Virus record (IMG/VR): IMGVR_UViG_3300045988_092366
Strand: one strand, 5' to 3'
DNA from: a virus
Length of the DNA: 64,000 nucleotides
In this document: one piece after another, positions 27,682-37,902 of the stretch
How positions within the stretch are numbered: position 1 is the stretch's first letter
How the letters are laid out: each line of letters opens with the position of its first letter
Translations under genes and position numbers: made by a program
The notes under the pieces: generated by a model
Told to the model about the DNA's origin: nothing
The model's input: the letters and a program-made list of their open reading frames with translations, nothing else
Database searches by the model: none

Positions 27682-29817
27682 CTATACCTTAATCCATAAT
27701 TTACAAGTACTTGCGTTAGGCTGCGAAGAAGATACGATAACCTCTTCTGGTCGCCAAGTATTGGTGTTGGTATCTGTAAGAGCAATAGTCGCGTTACCAG
27801 ACTGATTGAGCGTAAAACTGCCCTTATTCGTACCATTCTGTGTGATTGTAACAGTGCCATTACCAACAGAAGGAATTGACGGTCTGCCAGAAATTTCAGA
27901 CCAAGAATAGGAAGGTTTACTTGAAGCCTTAGCCCAAGCATAAACGTCACTAGCTGGCATAGAGGACGGTCTACCAGAAACATTGCTCCATGCGACAGAA
28001 CCAGCTGTGTTAGCATGACTTACAGATTGCGAACCGATAGTAGCAGAAGTGATAATTTCCTGCGAGCTGCCACCAGTAGGTAGATAAGTCGTATTGGTAG
28101 AATTCTTGCCAGCATTAAAATTAGTATCTGTATCGTAAGCGAATACTAGGCGTTCATCGCCTGCTAAGTTGCCGACAGTCCAAGCGCCCTTAGCTGTCTT
28201 TTGACCTACAACTGGATTGTATGACTGTGAATTGGCAGTAGAACCAAAAACGATAGCATTAATACGACCTTGAATCCAACTGCCACCAGCACCACGAAGG
28301 ATGCGGCCAGTCATTGTACCACCAGCAAGAGGTAGATAAGAGTGAGAGTGGCTTGCAGGAGCAGCACCTACATCACCAGCAGAAAGTGTGATATTAGCAC
28401 TTAAAGCCTTACCATTGACTGTGCGGCTAGCTGGAACATATGAACTAAACTTATCGTTCAAGGCTTTACCCTGTGCCGCAGACAGTGATTGGTCGGTAGC
28501 AGTAGAAGTAAGATTATTCTGAACAGGACGCCAAGTATTTGTATCTGTAGAATGTACTGTAATATTACCACTTGCGTCAGATGTTACAGAAGTAGCGCCA
28601 GTACCTTTAATAACCACACCACTACGGAAAGTATTATTATCTGTAACATTGATATAAGTGTTACCGTTTGTAGTAGCAGCATTTGCAGTGCCACTTTTTG
28701 CGCCAGCTACGATATTGGTAGTATAATGAGTATTTGTATCTGTCTTTGGCGGGGTGTAGCCAAGAGCAGTAGTAACATTAGCGCTTGTAAGTTCGCCACG
28801 AATTGTCGCAGAAGACTTATTCTCTACACTACCAAGACCCAAATCGGCTTTTGTAGTCTTGTGCGGATTGCCAGTAGATGTGGAGTGGTTATATGCAGCA
28901 CGAGATTCATCACCATAACCAGCAGTGGAATGAGTTGTACCGAGGGCAATAGTTTCAGAAATTACGACATATGTGCTACCGCTCCAACGATAGGTTTTGT
29001 TGTTGCTAAGGTCAACATAAATCTTACCAGCTTCGGCTTTGATTTCACCAGAATATGCGCCACTAGAGCTTTTTGTGGTATAGAATTTGCCACCATTTAA
29101 ATAACCTTCGATAACATCATCGACATAGCTTGGAAGATGCGCTGCATCAATTACACCGCTAATGCGCGAAGCAGGAAGATTACCACTAACTTCACTAATA
29201 GTATAGCTAGGCTTGCTTGACTGCTTAGCCCATGAATAGACATCGCTCGCTGGCATACTAGTTGGGAAGTCTGTAATCTGAGCTTTTGTATGTGTGTGGC
29301 TTGAATTAGCTTTTGCATTCAGCTTTGTATTGATTTCGCTCTCAGTATAATACCTATCATCATGAGTATGGCCTGTATTAGACTTGCCGTCAAGTGCAGA
29401 TTTAATGACCTTATTCTGTACAGGATTCATTGAAGTAGTAGAAAGTTCTGCATCAACAGTAACGTGATTTGAACCTGCGGCAACACCGTCAAGTTTAGCC
29501 TTGTCTGCGGCAGACATAAGACCTGCGGCACTGGCAGTAGCATTGCCGTATACAGTATTTGAATCTGTAACATTAAATGTGCTACCATCGCTACCTCTAA
29601 GAGTGATTGTACTACCGCTCTTGGTTAAGTTATAAGTTGTATTTGTATTGATATTATCTTTAATCTGAATCAGAGAGGATGAAGAAATACCCATCCACAA
29701 AGTGCCGGTATCGGTGGCAACATACAATGCACCGTCCAATACTTTATTTTCGGCAGTGAGTGCTTTGATATTAGGTTCTTTATCTCTGATAAATTTTACT
29801 CTTGCTATCTTGCTCAC
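27682..29817 (-). CDS. tail fibre paralogue C (711 aa; C-terminus ...ASTCKLWIKV)
   Basis: GHTHDDRYYTESEINTKLNAKANSSHTH and SMPASDVY(S/A)WAK repeats. N-terminal module VKFIRDKEP...LYVATDTGTLW is shared with 3 other proteins. GTG start. Confidence 0.55.
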   Translation of the reverse strand: MSKIARVKFIRDKEPNIKALTAENKVLDGALYVATDTGTLWMGISSSSLIQIKDNINTNTTYNLTKSGSTITLRGSDGSTFNVTDSNTVYGNATASAAGLMSAADKAKLDGVAAGSNHVTVDAELSTTSMNPVQNKVIKSALDGKSNTGHTHDDRYYTESEINTKLNAKANSSHTHTKAQITDFPTSMPASDVYSWAKQSSKPSYTISEVSGNLPASRISGVIDAAHLPSYVDDVIEGYLNGGKFYTTKSSSGAYSGEIKAEAGKIYVDLSNNKTYRWSGSTYVVISETIALGTTHSTAGYGDESRAAYNHSTSTGNPHKTTKADLGLGSVENKSSATIRGELTSANVTTALGYTPPKTDTNTHYTTNIVAGAKSGTANAATTNGNTYINVTDNNTFRSGVVIKGTGATSVTSDASGNITVHSTDTNTWRPVQNNLTSTATDQSLSAAQGKALNDKFSSYVPASRTVNGKALSANITLSAGDVGAAPASHSHSYLPLAGGTMTGRILRGAGGSWIQGRINAIVFGSTANSQSYNPVVGQKTAKGAWTVGNLAGDERLVFAYDTDTNFNAGKNSTNTTYLPTGGSSQEIITSATIGSQSVSHANTAGSVAWSNVSGRPSSMPASDVYAWAKASSKPSYSWSEISGRPSIPSVGNGTVTITQNGTNKGSFTLNQSGNATIALTDTNTNTWRPEEVIVSSSQPNASTCKLWIKV

Positions 29818-29832
29818 ATCCTTTCTGATATA

Positions 29833-30594
29833 TTATTTAATAGAAGACCAAGTTAAATCATCTGGCGTAGCAAAATCAGAAGCATCATGATATGCGGCAG
29901 ATTTTAAACCATATACTGCCACAGATTTATCTTTAACTTTAATTGTACCATTTGCAGTGCCAGTAGTGATAGATGGAACTGTCAAAACATCAGATGGCAA
30001 AATGCCGCTTGCAACGGTATCGACATATGCTTTAGTGGCAATGTCATTATCGTCATTGATGACTTGACCAGCCGCGTATTTAATTTTACCAGATAAAGTA
30101 CCACCAGTAAGAGGAAGATATTTCGCTTTCTCTTGGTCGGTATATGCCTTTGCATCTTTAAGGGCTTTATCTGCCTTTACTTGTGCGTCTGTTGAAGACG
30201 CACCAGATGCAGTCTTAATTGCTGAATTCATCTCACTCTTGGTTGGATAGTTCGATAAGTCGGTCTTAGAGCCACCTAGCTTTTCAAACTTACCATTAAC
30301 CCAAAAATATTCAGTATATTCATTGCTGGATTCAGTCAAATCTGGCAACATATAAATTGTATTTTCTTCGCCAGTAGAAGGAAGAGTTGACCCTTTTGCC
30401 AGCACAACACGTTTAAGATGCGGCGCACCTGCTACTGCATTTGCAATAGCCGTGTTCATAGCATCTTTTTTAACATATTCTGCTGGAACTTTATCACTCG
30501 GAATGTTAACATCCCAGTTAATATCAGAAGCATCTACGAGTTTGAAAGTGCCGTTATTCTTTTGTTTGATTTTATCAATAAGTTGAACAGGCAT
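29833..30594 (-). CDS. Ala-rich fibrous structural protein (paralogue of 31437 and 33292)
   Basis: Shares HLKR..., TIYM(V/L)P and KADKAL(K/E)DAKAYTD modules. Confidence 0.4.
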   Translation of the reverse strand: MPVQLIDKIKQKNNGTFKLVDASDINWDVNIPSDKVPAEYVKKDAMNTAIANAVAGAPHLKRVVLAKGSTLPSTGEENTIYMLPDLTESSNEYTEYFWVNGKFEKLGGSKTDLSNYPTKSEMNSAIKTASGASSTDAQVKADKALKDAKAYTDQEKAKYLPLTGGTLSGKIKYAAGQVINDDNDIATKAYVDTVASGILPSDVLTVPSITTGTANGTIKVKDKSVAVYGLKSAAYHDASDFATPDDLTWSSIK

Positions 30595-31412
30595 TATTTC
30601 ACCTCCACCGTAGTTGCACCTAATCCTGCATTAGTTGACCTATAGATATTATAAGAAGCGGTATAGCCACTTGCATTTGTGAAATCAAAAGTCTTTACTT
30701 TGTTGAAGCCACCCTCGAAACCTCCAACATAAAATGCGGGAGTTCCAAAAGAAGCAGGAATAGCAAAATAAATATACTGCTCAGCATTAGCTGTGACGCT
30801 CCATGAACCCGTGCGACCAGACACTAAATTTCTAGTAAGCCCTTTGACAAACGCCGCATCTATCTTAGAAGTATCTGTTATATTGCTCACGCCATAGTAT
30901 TTACCATTTAAAAAGTAAATTGTAGTCTGCTTAGTAGATGTGGCTTTGCGAGCGTCAGTAGCAGTCAAAGTAAATGCGGTCGTTGCGGTAAGAGGTGCCG
31001 CAAATGTAATTGCCGCAGTTCCAGATTGCGTCTTGTTGATTTCAAATGATTGACCACCTGCTGTAATTGTCAGTTTAGAAGGTTGTTTATTCAAATTCCA
31101 AGAGAAGTTGGAAGATGGAAGACGAGAACCTATTTCAAGTGTGCCGCTATTGTTAGAAAAACTATTAACGGACATTGCTTTATAAATTGAAAGTGTGCCG
31201 TCAGAGGTAATATCAAAATCTCCGCTTGGCTTGATAATACCTGCGGCAGAGCCGGTGGCAATTTTAATATCGCCACAGCTGTATTTGATATTATTTTTCA
31301 TGATACTCGTGGTATCTGAAAGAAAATAGATTCCGTTGGGGTCTATTTTGGTAGACCCCAACGCATCATACTCTGATTGCACGCCTGTGTAAAATCTAAT
31401 ATCAGCAGACAT
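30594..31412 (-). CDS. structural protein with shared N-terminal module
   Basis: N-terminus IRFYTGVQSEYDALG...NGIYFLSDTTSI is homologous to the N-termini of 31437, 32861 and fibre C. Confidence 0.4.
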   Translation of the reverse strand: MSADIRFYTGVQSEYDALGSTKIDPNGIYFLSDTTSIMKNNIKYSCGDIKIATGSAAGIIKPSGDFDITSDGTLSIYKAMSVNSFSNNSGTLEIGSRLPSSNFSWNLNKQPSKLTITAGGQSFEINKTQSGTAAITFAAPLTATTAFTLTATDARKATSTKQTTIYFLNGKYYGVSNITDTSKIDAAFVKGLTRNLVSGRTGSWSVTANAEQYIYFAIPASFGTPAFYVGGFEGGFNKVKTFDFTNASGYTASYNIYRSTNAGLGATTVEVK

Positions 31413-31436
31413 ACAATCTCCTTAATCTAATTTAAA

Positions 31437-32849
31437 TTAGAGTGTTTGCCATTCAATTAGGCCGTTAGCATATTCTTTAGCAGAAGCAAGAGCGTTATTG
31501 GCCTTAGTTGTAGCATCTGCGGCAGCAGCGTCAACGGCTTCGGTCTTTTTTGTGTCAGCATAGGTTTTAGCTTCAGTAAGAGCACCAGCAGCAGCACCAG
31601 AAGCATCAAAGGCACCGCTGTTTTGATAAGCAGCAGAGCCTAGACCCTTAACAGCAACGTCTGAACCCTTAACAGAGATTGTACCATTAGCAGTGCCAGA
31701 AACAACATCTGCGGCCTGAACAGCAGAGTCAGCTTTGGCGCCTTGGGCGGCAGTAGCATAATTCTTGGCTAGACCATCGGAATAAGCCTTGGCATCTTCA
31801 AGAGCCTTATCAGCTTTTTTACCAGCTTCGGTAATAGCAGCAGCTTGAGCAGCGTCAGCCTTTGTGGTGGCATCTGCTGCGGCGGTAGCAATGGCAGCAG
31901 CCTTAGCGGCATCTGCCTTAGTCTGAGCGTCAGTAGCAGCTTCACCCTTAGCGGTAGAGATAGCATCAGTTACTTGGTCTTTGGTGAAGTAGTTGCCAAG
32001 GTCTACGTCAGAAGTACCAATACGCTCAAAGGCACCATTGACAAGCATGTATTCAGTATAAACAGACTTGTTGGAGCCTGCGGTATCGGTGCTACCAGCA
32101 TCGGGAACCATATAGATAGTATCTTCGTTGGCTTCGGAAACCTCGGGAAGAACGCTAACGATTTCACGCTTGAGGTGGTGCGCATTAGCTACGGCAGCAG
32201 CAATAGCGGTATTGGCTTCATCCTTTGTATAGGCATCGGCGATACCGTAACCAGCAAGGGTAGTAGCTTTGTCAGCTTTCTTGTCGATGTTGGCCTGTAG
32301 CTCGGTTTTAGCAGCGGTAACCTGTTTGGTGGTTTCAGCAGCAGCTGCTTCAATAGCTTCTGTCTTCTTAGTGGCAGAATCAGCTTTGGCATCTTCTAGA
32401 GCTTTGTCGGCTTTAGAAGTGGCGTCTGTGGCAGCGGCGGCGATAGCAGCAGCCTGAGCATCAGCGGCAGCTTTCTTGATAGAGCCTTCGCCCTCACCTT
32501 GAATAACCGTTAATTTTCCATCTGCGGCAGAAATATTATTTTCAGCAGTAGTAACACGCTGGGTAAGAGCAGAAAGGTCTGCGGCAACGGTTGTTGGCTT
32601 AACAACTGTAATATACTTGGTGCCGTCCCAATAGGCAACGTTGTCTCCATTATCACCTACAATATATAGGGTATTAATTTTACCCTGCGTAGGAAGTGCG
32701 CTTACTTTTTCGTAAATACCACCAGAGTATGGTGTATTACCTTTGTAAATGCGCTGCTCTTCTTCTACAAAATAAAGAGTATTAGCGTCTTTATTTTCAA
32801 GGCCTTGGTAGCCAGCAAGAGTAGCAGCTACAAATTTAACTTGACTCAT
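31437..32849 (-). CDS. Ala-rich coiled-coil fibre protein
   Basis: GEGEGSIKKA, TTLAGYGIADAYTKDEANTAIAAAVANAHHLKR, repeated KADKALEDAKA; shared N-terminal module. Confidence 0.4.
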   Translation of the reverse strand: MSQVKFVAATLAGYQGLENKDANTLYFVEEEQRIYKGNTPYSGGIYEKVSALPTQGKINTLYIVGDNGDNVAYWDGTKYITVVKPTTVAADLSALTQRVTTAENNISAADGKLTVIQGEGEGSIKKAAADAQAAAIAAAATDATSKADKALEDAKADSATKKTEAIEAAAAETTKQVTAAKTELQANIDKKADKATTLAGYGIADAYTKDEANTAIAAAVANAHHLKREIVSVLPEVSEANEDTIYMVPDAGSTDTAGSNKSVYTEYMLVNGAFERIGTSDVDLGNYFTKDQVTDAISTAKGEAATDAQTKADAAKAAAIATAAADATTKADAAQAAAITEAGKKADKALEDAKAYSDGLAKNYATAAQGAKADSAVQAADVVSGTANGTISVKGSDVAVKGLGSAAYQNSGAFDASGAAAGALTEAKTYADTKKTEAVDAAAADATTKANNALASAKEYANGLIEWQTL

Positions 32850-32860
32850 TCACGTCTCCT

Positions 32861-33283
32861 TTAAATAGTTGTCCATTCTGTATTATTAGCAACACACATA
32901 TATGTATGAAGGGCCGCATTCCATTTATAAATTGCTTTATCGGCAATATATAACATAGTTTCTTTTCCTTCTTTTGGAAAATCTTCAACAGAAGTACCAA
33001 AAGCTATGGTTTGTAAATTAGAAGGAGTAAGCTGTTTCCACCCGTCTTTATAACGCCACATTACGCCAGTTTCTTCTACATAATAGTAGCCTTCAACTGG
33101 CGCTAATTTATCAATTCTATCTTTGTCTGTAGGAAATTCTTGGATACAATTGTATTTAATTCGTAGACCGTTATAATCTAAATAGAGTTGACGTGTATCG
33201 GAAACAAAAACTAAATTTCCATCGCTAACTGGTAATTTATTTAATTTTGCGGCCACAGTTGTATATACACGAACTACAGCCAT
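32861..33283 (-). CDS. small structural protein consisting mainly of the shared N-terminal module
   Basis: VRVYTTVAAKLNKLPVSDGNLVFVSDTRQLYLDYNG. Confidence 0.35.
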   Translation of the reverse strand: MAVVRVYTTVAAKLNKLPVSDGNLVFVSDTRQLYLDYNGLRIKYNCIQEFPTDKDRIDKLAPVEGYYYVEETGVMWRYKDGWKQLTPSNLQTIAFGTSVEDFPKEGKETMLYIADKAIYKWNAALHTYMCVANNTEWTTI

Positions 33284-33291
33284 TTTAACTC

Positions 33292-34644
33292 CTAAACTTC
33301 TACAATTGTTAAAGCGTTATCCGTGTAAGTTTTAGAAGTTTCAATGGCTTCTTTCTTTGCTGCTGCAATTGCTTCTGCACTAGCAGTTCCACCGGAACCT
33401 ACGCTTGTATCAATATACTGCTTAATAGTAGTACCTTCGGCAATGTCACCGACTTTTTCAGAAAGAATAGTCTTTACTTGAGCAGCATCGACTTTAGTAT
33501 TTAAATTCTCTTGGATGGGAGAAATTTGACCATCGGTATATGCTTTAGCTTGTTCAAGTGTCGTAGCACCTTGCGTATCGGTATATGCTTTTGCATCTTC
33601 AAGAGCTTTAGCAGCGGCACCAGCTTTTTCATAATTAGCAGCAAGACCGTCGGCATATTCTTTTGCGCTTGTCAGAGTGGCAGTATCTTTTTCAACAGCA
33701 GCGGCAATGGCAGCAGCTTGAGCCGCATCGGCTTTTTTCTGCGCTTCTGCAATTGCAGCAGTTTGTGCGGTATCTGCCTTGGTCTGAGCGTCAGTAGCGG
33801 CAGCATCAATTGCAGCTTGCTTGGCGGTCGCAACTTCATCTTTAGTCGCGTAATCAGAAAGGTCTACCTTACTGTCACCGATTTTTTCAAATTTCTTGAC
33901 TTCACTAGCTACAACGAGAATGTATTCATCATAATGGTCATCAACTGGAACCATATAGATAGTATTAGCATCAGCTTCATCGACAGCAGGGAGAGCATCG
34001 ACAATAGCACGCTTTAAATGGTCTGCTTTCGCAATAGCAGAAGCGATTGCAGTATCAGTTGCTTCTTTTGTATAAGCATCAGCAATGCCGTATCCAGCCA
34101 AAGTAGTTGCTTTATCAGCCTTGTCAGCGACAGTAGTATCTGTATATGCCTTTGCATCTACAAGAGCTTTCTTTACAGAACCTTCACCTTCACCAGTCAA
34201 GCTATCTAATTTAGCTTGAATAGCTTCAATGGTTGCTTTAAGATTCTCAACTTGTTCAAAAATTACCTTGAAACCAGAACCAGTATAGATATATCCTTTG
34301 TTATCTGTAGTATTAATATAGATAACACCTTGTTCTTGGTCGGTTTCTGGAAGAGCTTCTACTACCTTAACATACTCTTTTACCTTGGTTGGGTCAATTT
34401 CACCATCAATTCCAATAGGAGAAAGATTAAAACCTGTACCCTCAGCTTTTGGTTGAAGCATATATGCTTTATACTTACCATCAACCAATGCGGTAATGAC
34501 TTGACCGCCATAAGCAATAGCTGAATCTGCATAGGTCTGTGCGGCTGCTAATGTCTCATGGACACTCGAAGCATCAAGTGGAAGAGCATTACCACGAGAA
34601 TAGGCTTTTACAGCAACCAATAGTTTTGTGCTATCAATAGCCAT
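33292..34644 (-). CDS. Ala-rich coiled-coil fibre protein (paralogue of 31437)
   Basis: GEGEGSVKKA, TTLAGYGIADAYTKEATDTAIASAIAKADHLKR, AKAYTD repeats. Confidence 0.4.
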   Translation of the reverse strand: MAIDSTKLLVAVKAYSRGNALPLDASSVHETLAAAQTYADSAIAYGGQVITALVDGKYKAYMLQPKAEGTGFNLSPIGIDGEIDPTKVKEYVKVVEALPETDQEQGVIYINTTDNKGYIYTGSGFKVIFEQVENLKATIEAIQAKLDSLTGEGEGSVKKALVDAKAYTDTTVADKADKATTLAGYGIADAYTKEATDTAIASAIAKADHLKRAIVDALPAVDEADANTIYMVPVDDHYDEYILVVASEVKKFEKIGDSKVDLSDYATKDEVATAKQAAIDAAATDAQTKADTAQTAAIAEAQKKADAAQAAAIAAAVEKDTATLTSAKEYADGLAANYEKAGAAAKALEDAKAYTDTQGATTLEQAKAYTDGQISPIQENLNTKVDAAQVKTILSEKVGDIAEGTTIKQYIDTSVGSGGTASAEAIAAAKKEAIETSKTYTDNALTIVEV

Positions 34645-34660
34645 AATTTATAACTCCTTT

Positions 34661-35665
34661 CTAAATGGTTACTGTAAATGTCATTGGAGCTGCGGCAGGA
34701 GCAGCCATAGCGTAGCTATAGACTTTATAGTTTGCAGCTGTTGCTCCGTTGGCACCTTCGACAGACACGGTCTGCTTGGCAAAGCTAGAAGCCATGCTAA
34801 TATCATTTGTTTCTTCATATTTCACTTGGCTTACATCACGAAGAGCCGCAGGATAGGCGAAAACAATATATTGTTGCCCTTGAGCGACTTTAATGGTAAG
34901 TTTGGTACCAGCAGTAGGATTAAGAGACTTACCAGTAAGACCACGTACAATTGCAGAATTTAGCTCAGGTACAGAGCCTACACCAGTGCCATAAAAGGCA
35001 TTTCGCTTTCCAACATAAGAAAGTGCATTTGATGTAATAGAACCAGCAGTAATATGACCAGCTGGGGAATCATCTCCAAGATTATCTTGCTTGATTGCAC
35101 CCTCGGCATAAGAAGCAATAGCTTTAAAAGAAGTGGTACCTTCTCCAATAGTAATTGAATGGTCAGATAGAACTAGTGGGCTAGTAGTACCCTCAAGTAC
35201 GTCTACAGTACCATCAGAAATTTTAATTGCGGTAAGAGCGCCAGCATCTTGCTTCGTAAAGTTTGCTGTCATTGTTGCTGCAAGGGTAGTACCAACTTCA
35301 TAATTGCCCGGTTGAGCGCCTTTTGAAACCGCAAGAGAAATCTTAGGTGCAATATATGTAGCAGGTACACGTTTCATAATAATCTTTTTAATTAATGCAT
35401 CTAAATCAGTACCAGCTTCAATAACATCGCCAGTCTTGATACCGCCAACACTTCCACCAACGCCTAGTTGAACAGTGTGAGCCTGTTTAGATTTAGCGTT
35501 GCCAAGTGTATGCGGCACTTTAGAATCATCTACATAAATCATATTATCTTCTGTAGAAATAACGACACTATTTGTACCAATAGTCCCAGCGGTAATACTA
35601 TCATTTAGTTTTGTTTCAGAACCATGAAAAAAACTAATTTTTTTTGCATTTTCTGCATCAGCCAT
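34661..35665 (-). CDS. hypothetical structural protein (Gly/Thr/Ala-rich)
   Basis: 334-aa ORF in the tail module. Confidence 0.3.
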   Translation of the reverse strand: MADAENAKKISFFHGSETKLNDSITAGTIGTNSVVISTEDNMIYVDDSKVPHTLGNAKSKQAHTVQLGVGGSVGGIKTGDVIEAGTDLDALIKKIIMKRVPATYIAPKISLAVSKGAQPGNYEVGTTLAATMTANFTKQDAGALTAIKISDGTVDVLEGTTSPLVLSDHSITIGEGTTSFKAIASYAEGAIKQDNLGDDSPAGHITAGSITSNALSYVGKRNAFYGTGVGSVPELNSAIVRGLTGKSLNPTAGTKLTIKVAQGQQYIVFAYPAALRDVSQVKYEETNDISMASSFAKQTVSVEGANGATAANYKVYSYAMAAPAAAPMTFTVTI

Positions 35666-35728
35666 ATGTTTGTAACCCCTCTCTATTGAGTATAAAAATT
35701 TTTATATATATAAAAATAAACCATATAG

Positions 35729-36337
35729 CTAAAATTCTCGAATCTTAACTTCTGCGCTGATAGCTATCTGGTCTAATTTATTTTCTACTGAAACGGCTTT
35801 ATCATATGCACTTGTTGCAATTTGTTTGATTTCTTTTGTTTCCTTTGTCCATTCTTGAAATTCTTTACGTTGTTCATTCATTTGTTTTTCCATCTTGTCC
35901 CCAAGAGTAGCAAGATGGATTACAGCATTTTGAAAAGCGCTAAAATCATCAGAAACGACAAACGCAGAGCCGTCATTTGGGTCGGACAATACATGTACAA
36001 GAAAATTCGTGCTAGAAGCAATTGATACCGAATCAACTAATTCGACACAACAAAGCACGTCTCCTTCATGTAACATGGCTTGCGGCCATTTAATTTCCCA
36101 TACGATAGGGTCTTCATGTGTTTTTGTAAAAACATTATATCCTTTTATATCTAGTTGAACATGCCGCCAACTCAAATAAACTTTTGTATCTGCGACACAT
36201 TGCGCAGCAGCTTCTTGGTCGAAAATAATTCTAAAAGTACGACCATTTGCATCTGCGCCGCCAGCCACAATAGGGTCTTGAATGTCTTGGTCAAGAGACT
36301 TTAAATTGACTGTAACTGCTTTTAATTCCTGACTCAT
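35729..36337 (-). CDS. hypothetical structural protein (globular N-domain plus C-terminal coiled coil)
   Basis: 202 aa; C-terminal heptad-like QMNEQRKEFQEWTKETKEIKQ. Confidence 0.3.
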   Translation of the reverse strand: MSQELKAVTVNLKSLDQDIQDPIVAGGADANGRTFRIIFDQEAAAQCVADTKVYLSWRHVQLDIKGYNVFTKTHEDPIVWEIKWPQAMLHEGDVLCCVELVDSVSIASSTNFLVHVLSDPNDGSAFVVSDDFSAFQNAVIHLATLGDKMEKQMNEQRKEFQEWTKETKEIKQIATSAYDKAVSVENKLDQIAISAEVKIREF

Positions 36338-36961
36338 TTATTCACCCCTTTCATTGTTCTTTTGGCTTACAATAAATTGTGGATTGGAAAGATTGATTCT
36401 CGGTAGTTCGCGTATCTCTTCCATTAAGCCATCAATGAATGAGTTGCCGCCTGCCGCTTTATAATATAAATATCTACGCTCTAGAGATTCTAGATTAAGG
36501 TCATCAATAGCCTTAATTTCATAGCAAAAATAGTGATGCTTGTCAATGATATAACTGCGGGAGTTCTCCTGCAATCTTTCAAGAGTAAGTTTTTCATGCT
36601 CTTGGAGTGCTTTAATATCATTCGATTGGTTGCTAATTTCTTGGCTAAGCCTTTTAATGTCTGCTTGCAACGAAGCAATACTTTCTATAATCTCAGAGTG
36701 CTGTGTATCTTTAAGTGTCTGATAATTGAAGAATTTTTTTAATTTATTATAAAAATATTCCAATAGTTCACTTAAAAATTTAAAAGCAACAGCTAAAGTC
36801 ACAACTAGCATAACGATAGCTCCGAAAGAGTATTGCGACACTAGTTGCGACAAAGCATCCATTCTCGGCAATATCCCTTCTTCTCTACATAATCTAATAT
36901 AATATGAAAATAATTTATATTTGATTTTAGGAATTTGCCCATAAAAAAATGAGGGAAACAT
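36338..36961 (-). CDS. hypothetical membrane/coiled-coil protein
   Basis: TM FGAIVMLVVTLAVAF followed by coiled coil. Confidence 0.3.
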   Translation of the reverse strand: MFPSFFYGQIPKIKYKLFSYYIRLCREEGILPRMDALSQLVSQYSFGAIVMLVVTLAVAFKFLSELLEYFYNKLKKFFNYQTLKDTQHSEIIESIASLQADIKRLSQEISNQSNDIKALQEHEKLTLERLQENSRSYIIDKHHYFCYEIKAIDDLNLESLERRYLYYKAAGGNSFIDGLMEEIRELPRINLSNPQFIVSQKNNERGE

Positions 36962-36985
36962 AAAGTTTCCCTCGAATAAAATAAA

Positions 36986-37372
36986 TTAAGCGGTTCTATG
37001 CCACACATAGCAATTTTGATAAGCTGGTAAATTATTATGAGCTTTTCCGTCACCTTTTGATTCTACATATTTATCAATAAACTTATTAGAATAATCCAAA
37101 CCAGCCGCGCCAATTTGATAAGGCAAATTGGTAGCAATGTTATTACCAGCTTGCTTAGTTGATATGTGGTGAGTATGAGGTGGCATTTCACCAACGGTAA
37201 GTTTATGTGTGTCTTCCCCGCCGGTATTAGTATTTGTTGAAGCTCGTAGCACTTTATCAGTTATTTGTGTCCAAGTACCGCCAATACTGGATGCCGGTGA
37301 AGCGCTATGAAAAGAAATATATACAGAACCAACAGGGTAGACAATATCCATGAGGTTAACGTAATTAGACAT
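36986..37372 (-). CDS. phage tail-collar-domain protein paralogue 4
   Basis: MSNYVNLMDIVYPVGSVY...GGEDTHKLTVGEMPPHTHH...CYVWHRTA; SD GAGGT. The track TTG at 37378 lies 2 codons upstream. Confidence 0.5.
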   Translation of the reverse strand: MSNYVNLMDIVYPVGSVYISFHSASPASSIGGTWTQITDKVLRASTNTNTGGEDTHKLTVGEMPPHTHHISTKQAGNNIATNLPYQIGAAGLDYSNKFIDKYVESKGDGKAHNNLPAYQNCYVWHRTA

Positions 37373-37402
37373 ACGCAACCTCGCTTAGATTTAGATTGCT
37401 TG

Positions 37403-37858
37403 CTACGCTGTGCGATACCAAATAAAGCAAGTTGTGTAAGGTGGCAAGTTGTTGTGTGCTTGCCCCCCCCCATTAGAAGCAATAGTGTGGGTATGGTTAC
37501 CAACCTCAGACGTATACTGTCCACCAAACCTACCAACAGAACCAAAATAATTACCAGCACCTTGAAGAACGTTACCTCCACCTGGACCGTACCATGCGAT
37601 AATTCGTTCATCAATACTGTGATTGTGTTTGCCAGCTTCTCCTGTAGAACCATTGTGGCTGTGAGCGGGCATTTCATTAAGGCTAAGCGTGTGCGTTGCT
37701 TCGCCGCCCGTATTCTTGGCGGTTGTAGACCCATAAAGAAAAGTGTTCAATCGTGTCCAAGTGCCACCAATAGAGCTAGCAGGAGATGTTGCATCCATGC
37801 TCTGATAGATTGAACCTACTGGATATATAATATCCATGAGGTTTACAAAATTACTCAT
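37403..37858 (-). CDS. phage tail-collar-domain protein paralogue 3 (contains an in-frame G9 tract near its 3' end)
   Basis: MSNFVNLMDIIYPVGSIY...GGEATHTLSLNEMPAHSHN...NGGGQAHNNLPPYTTCFIWYRTA. Confidence 0.5.
   Translation of the reverse strand: MSNFVNLMDIIYPVGSIYQSMDATSPASSIGGTWTRLNTFLYGSTTAKNTGGEATHTLSLNEMPAHSHNGSTGEAGKHNHSIDERIIAWYGPGGGNVLQGAGNYFGSVGRFGGQYTSEVGNHTHTIASNGGGQAHNNLPPYTTCFIWYRTA
37463..37471. repeat. homopolymeric tract C9 (+) / G9 (-) inside collar paralogue 3
   Basis: Codes GGG GGG GGG. Followed by the hairpin GGCAAG...CTTGCC. A G10 variant would read through to a TAA overlapping the ATGTCTAA start of paralogue 4. Confidence 0.85.
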
Positions 37859-37902
37859 TTATATCCTTTCTAATTGCATAGAAAGAATATTATAAAATCT
37901 TC

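Noticed and set aside
28489-29100. Long antisense ORFs inside large genes (e.g. 28489-29100 +, 62481-62921 +, 33511-34017 +, 41347-41766 +)
   Set aside because: Low-complexity shadow ORFs on the opposite strand of Ser/Thr/Ala-rich fibre or TMP genes. They have no SD and are not independent.
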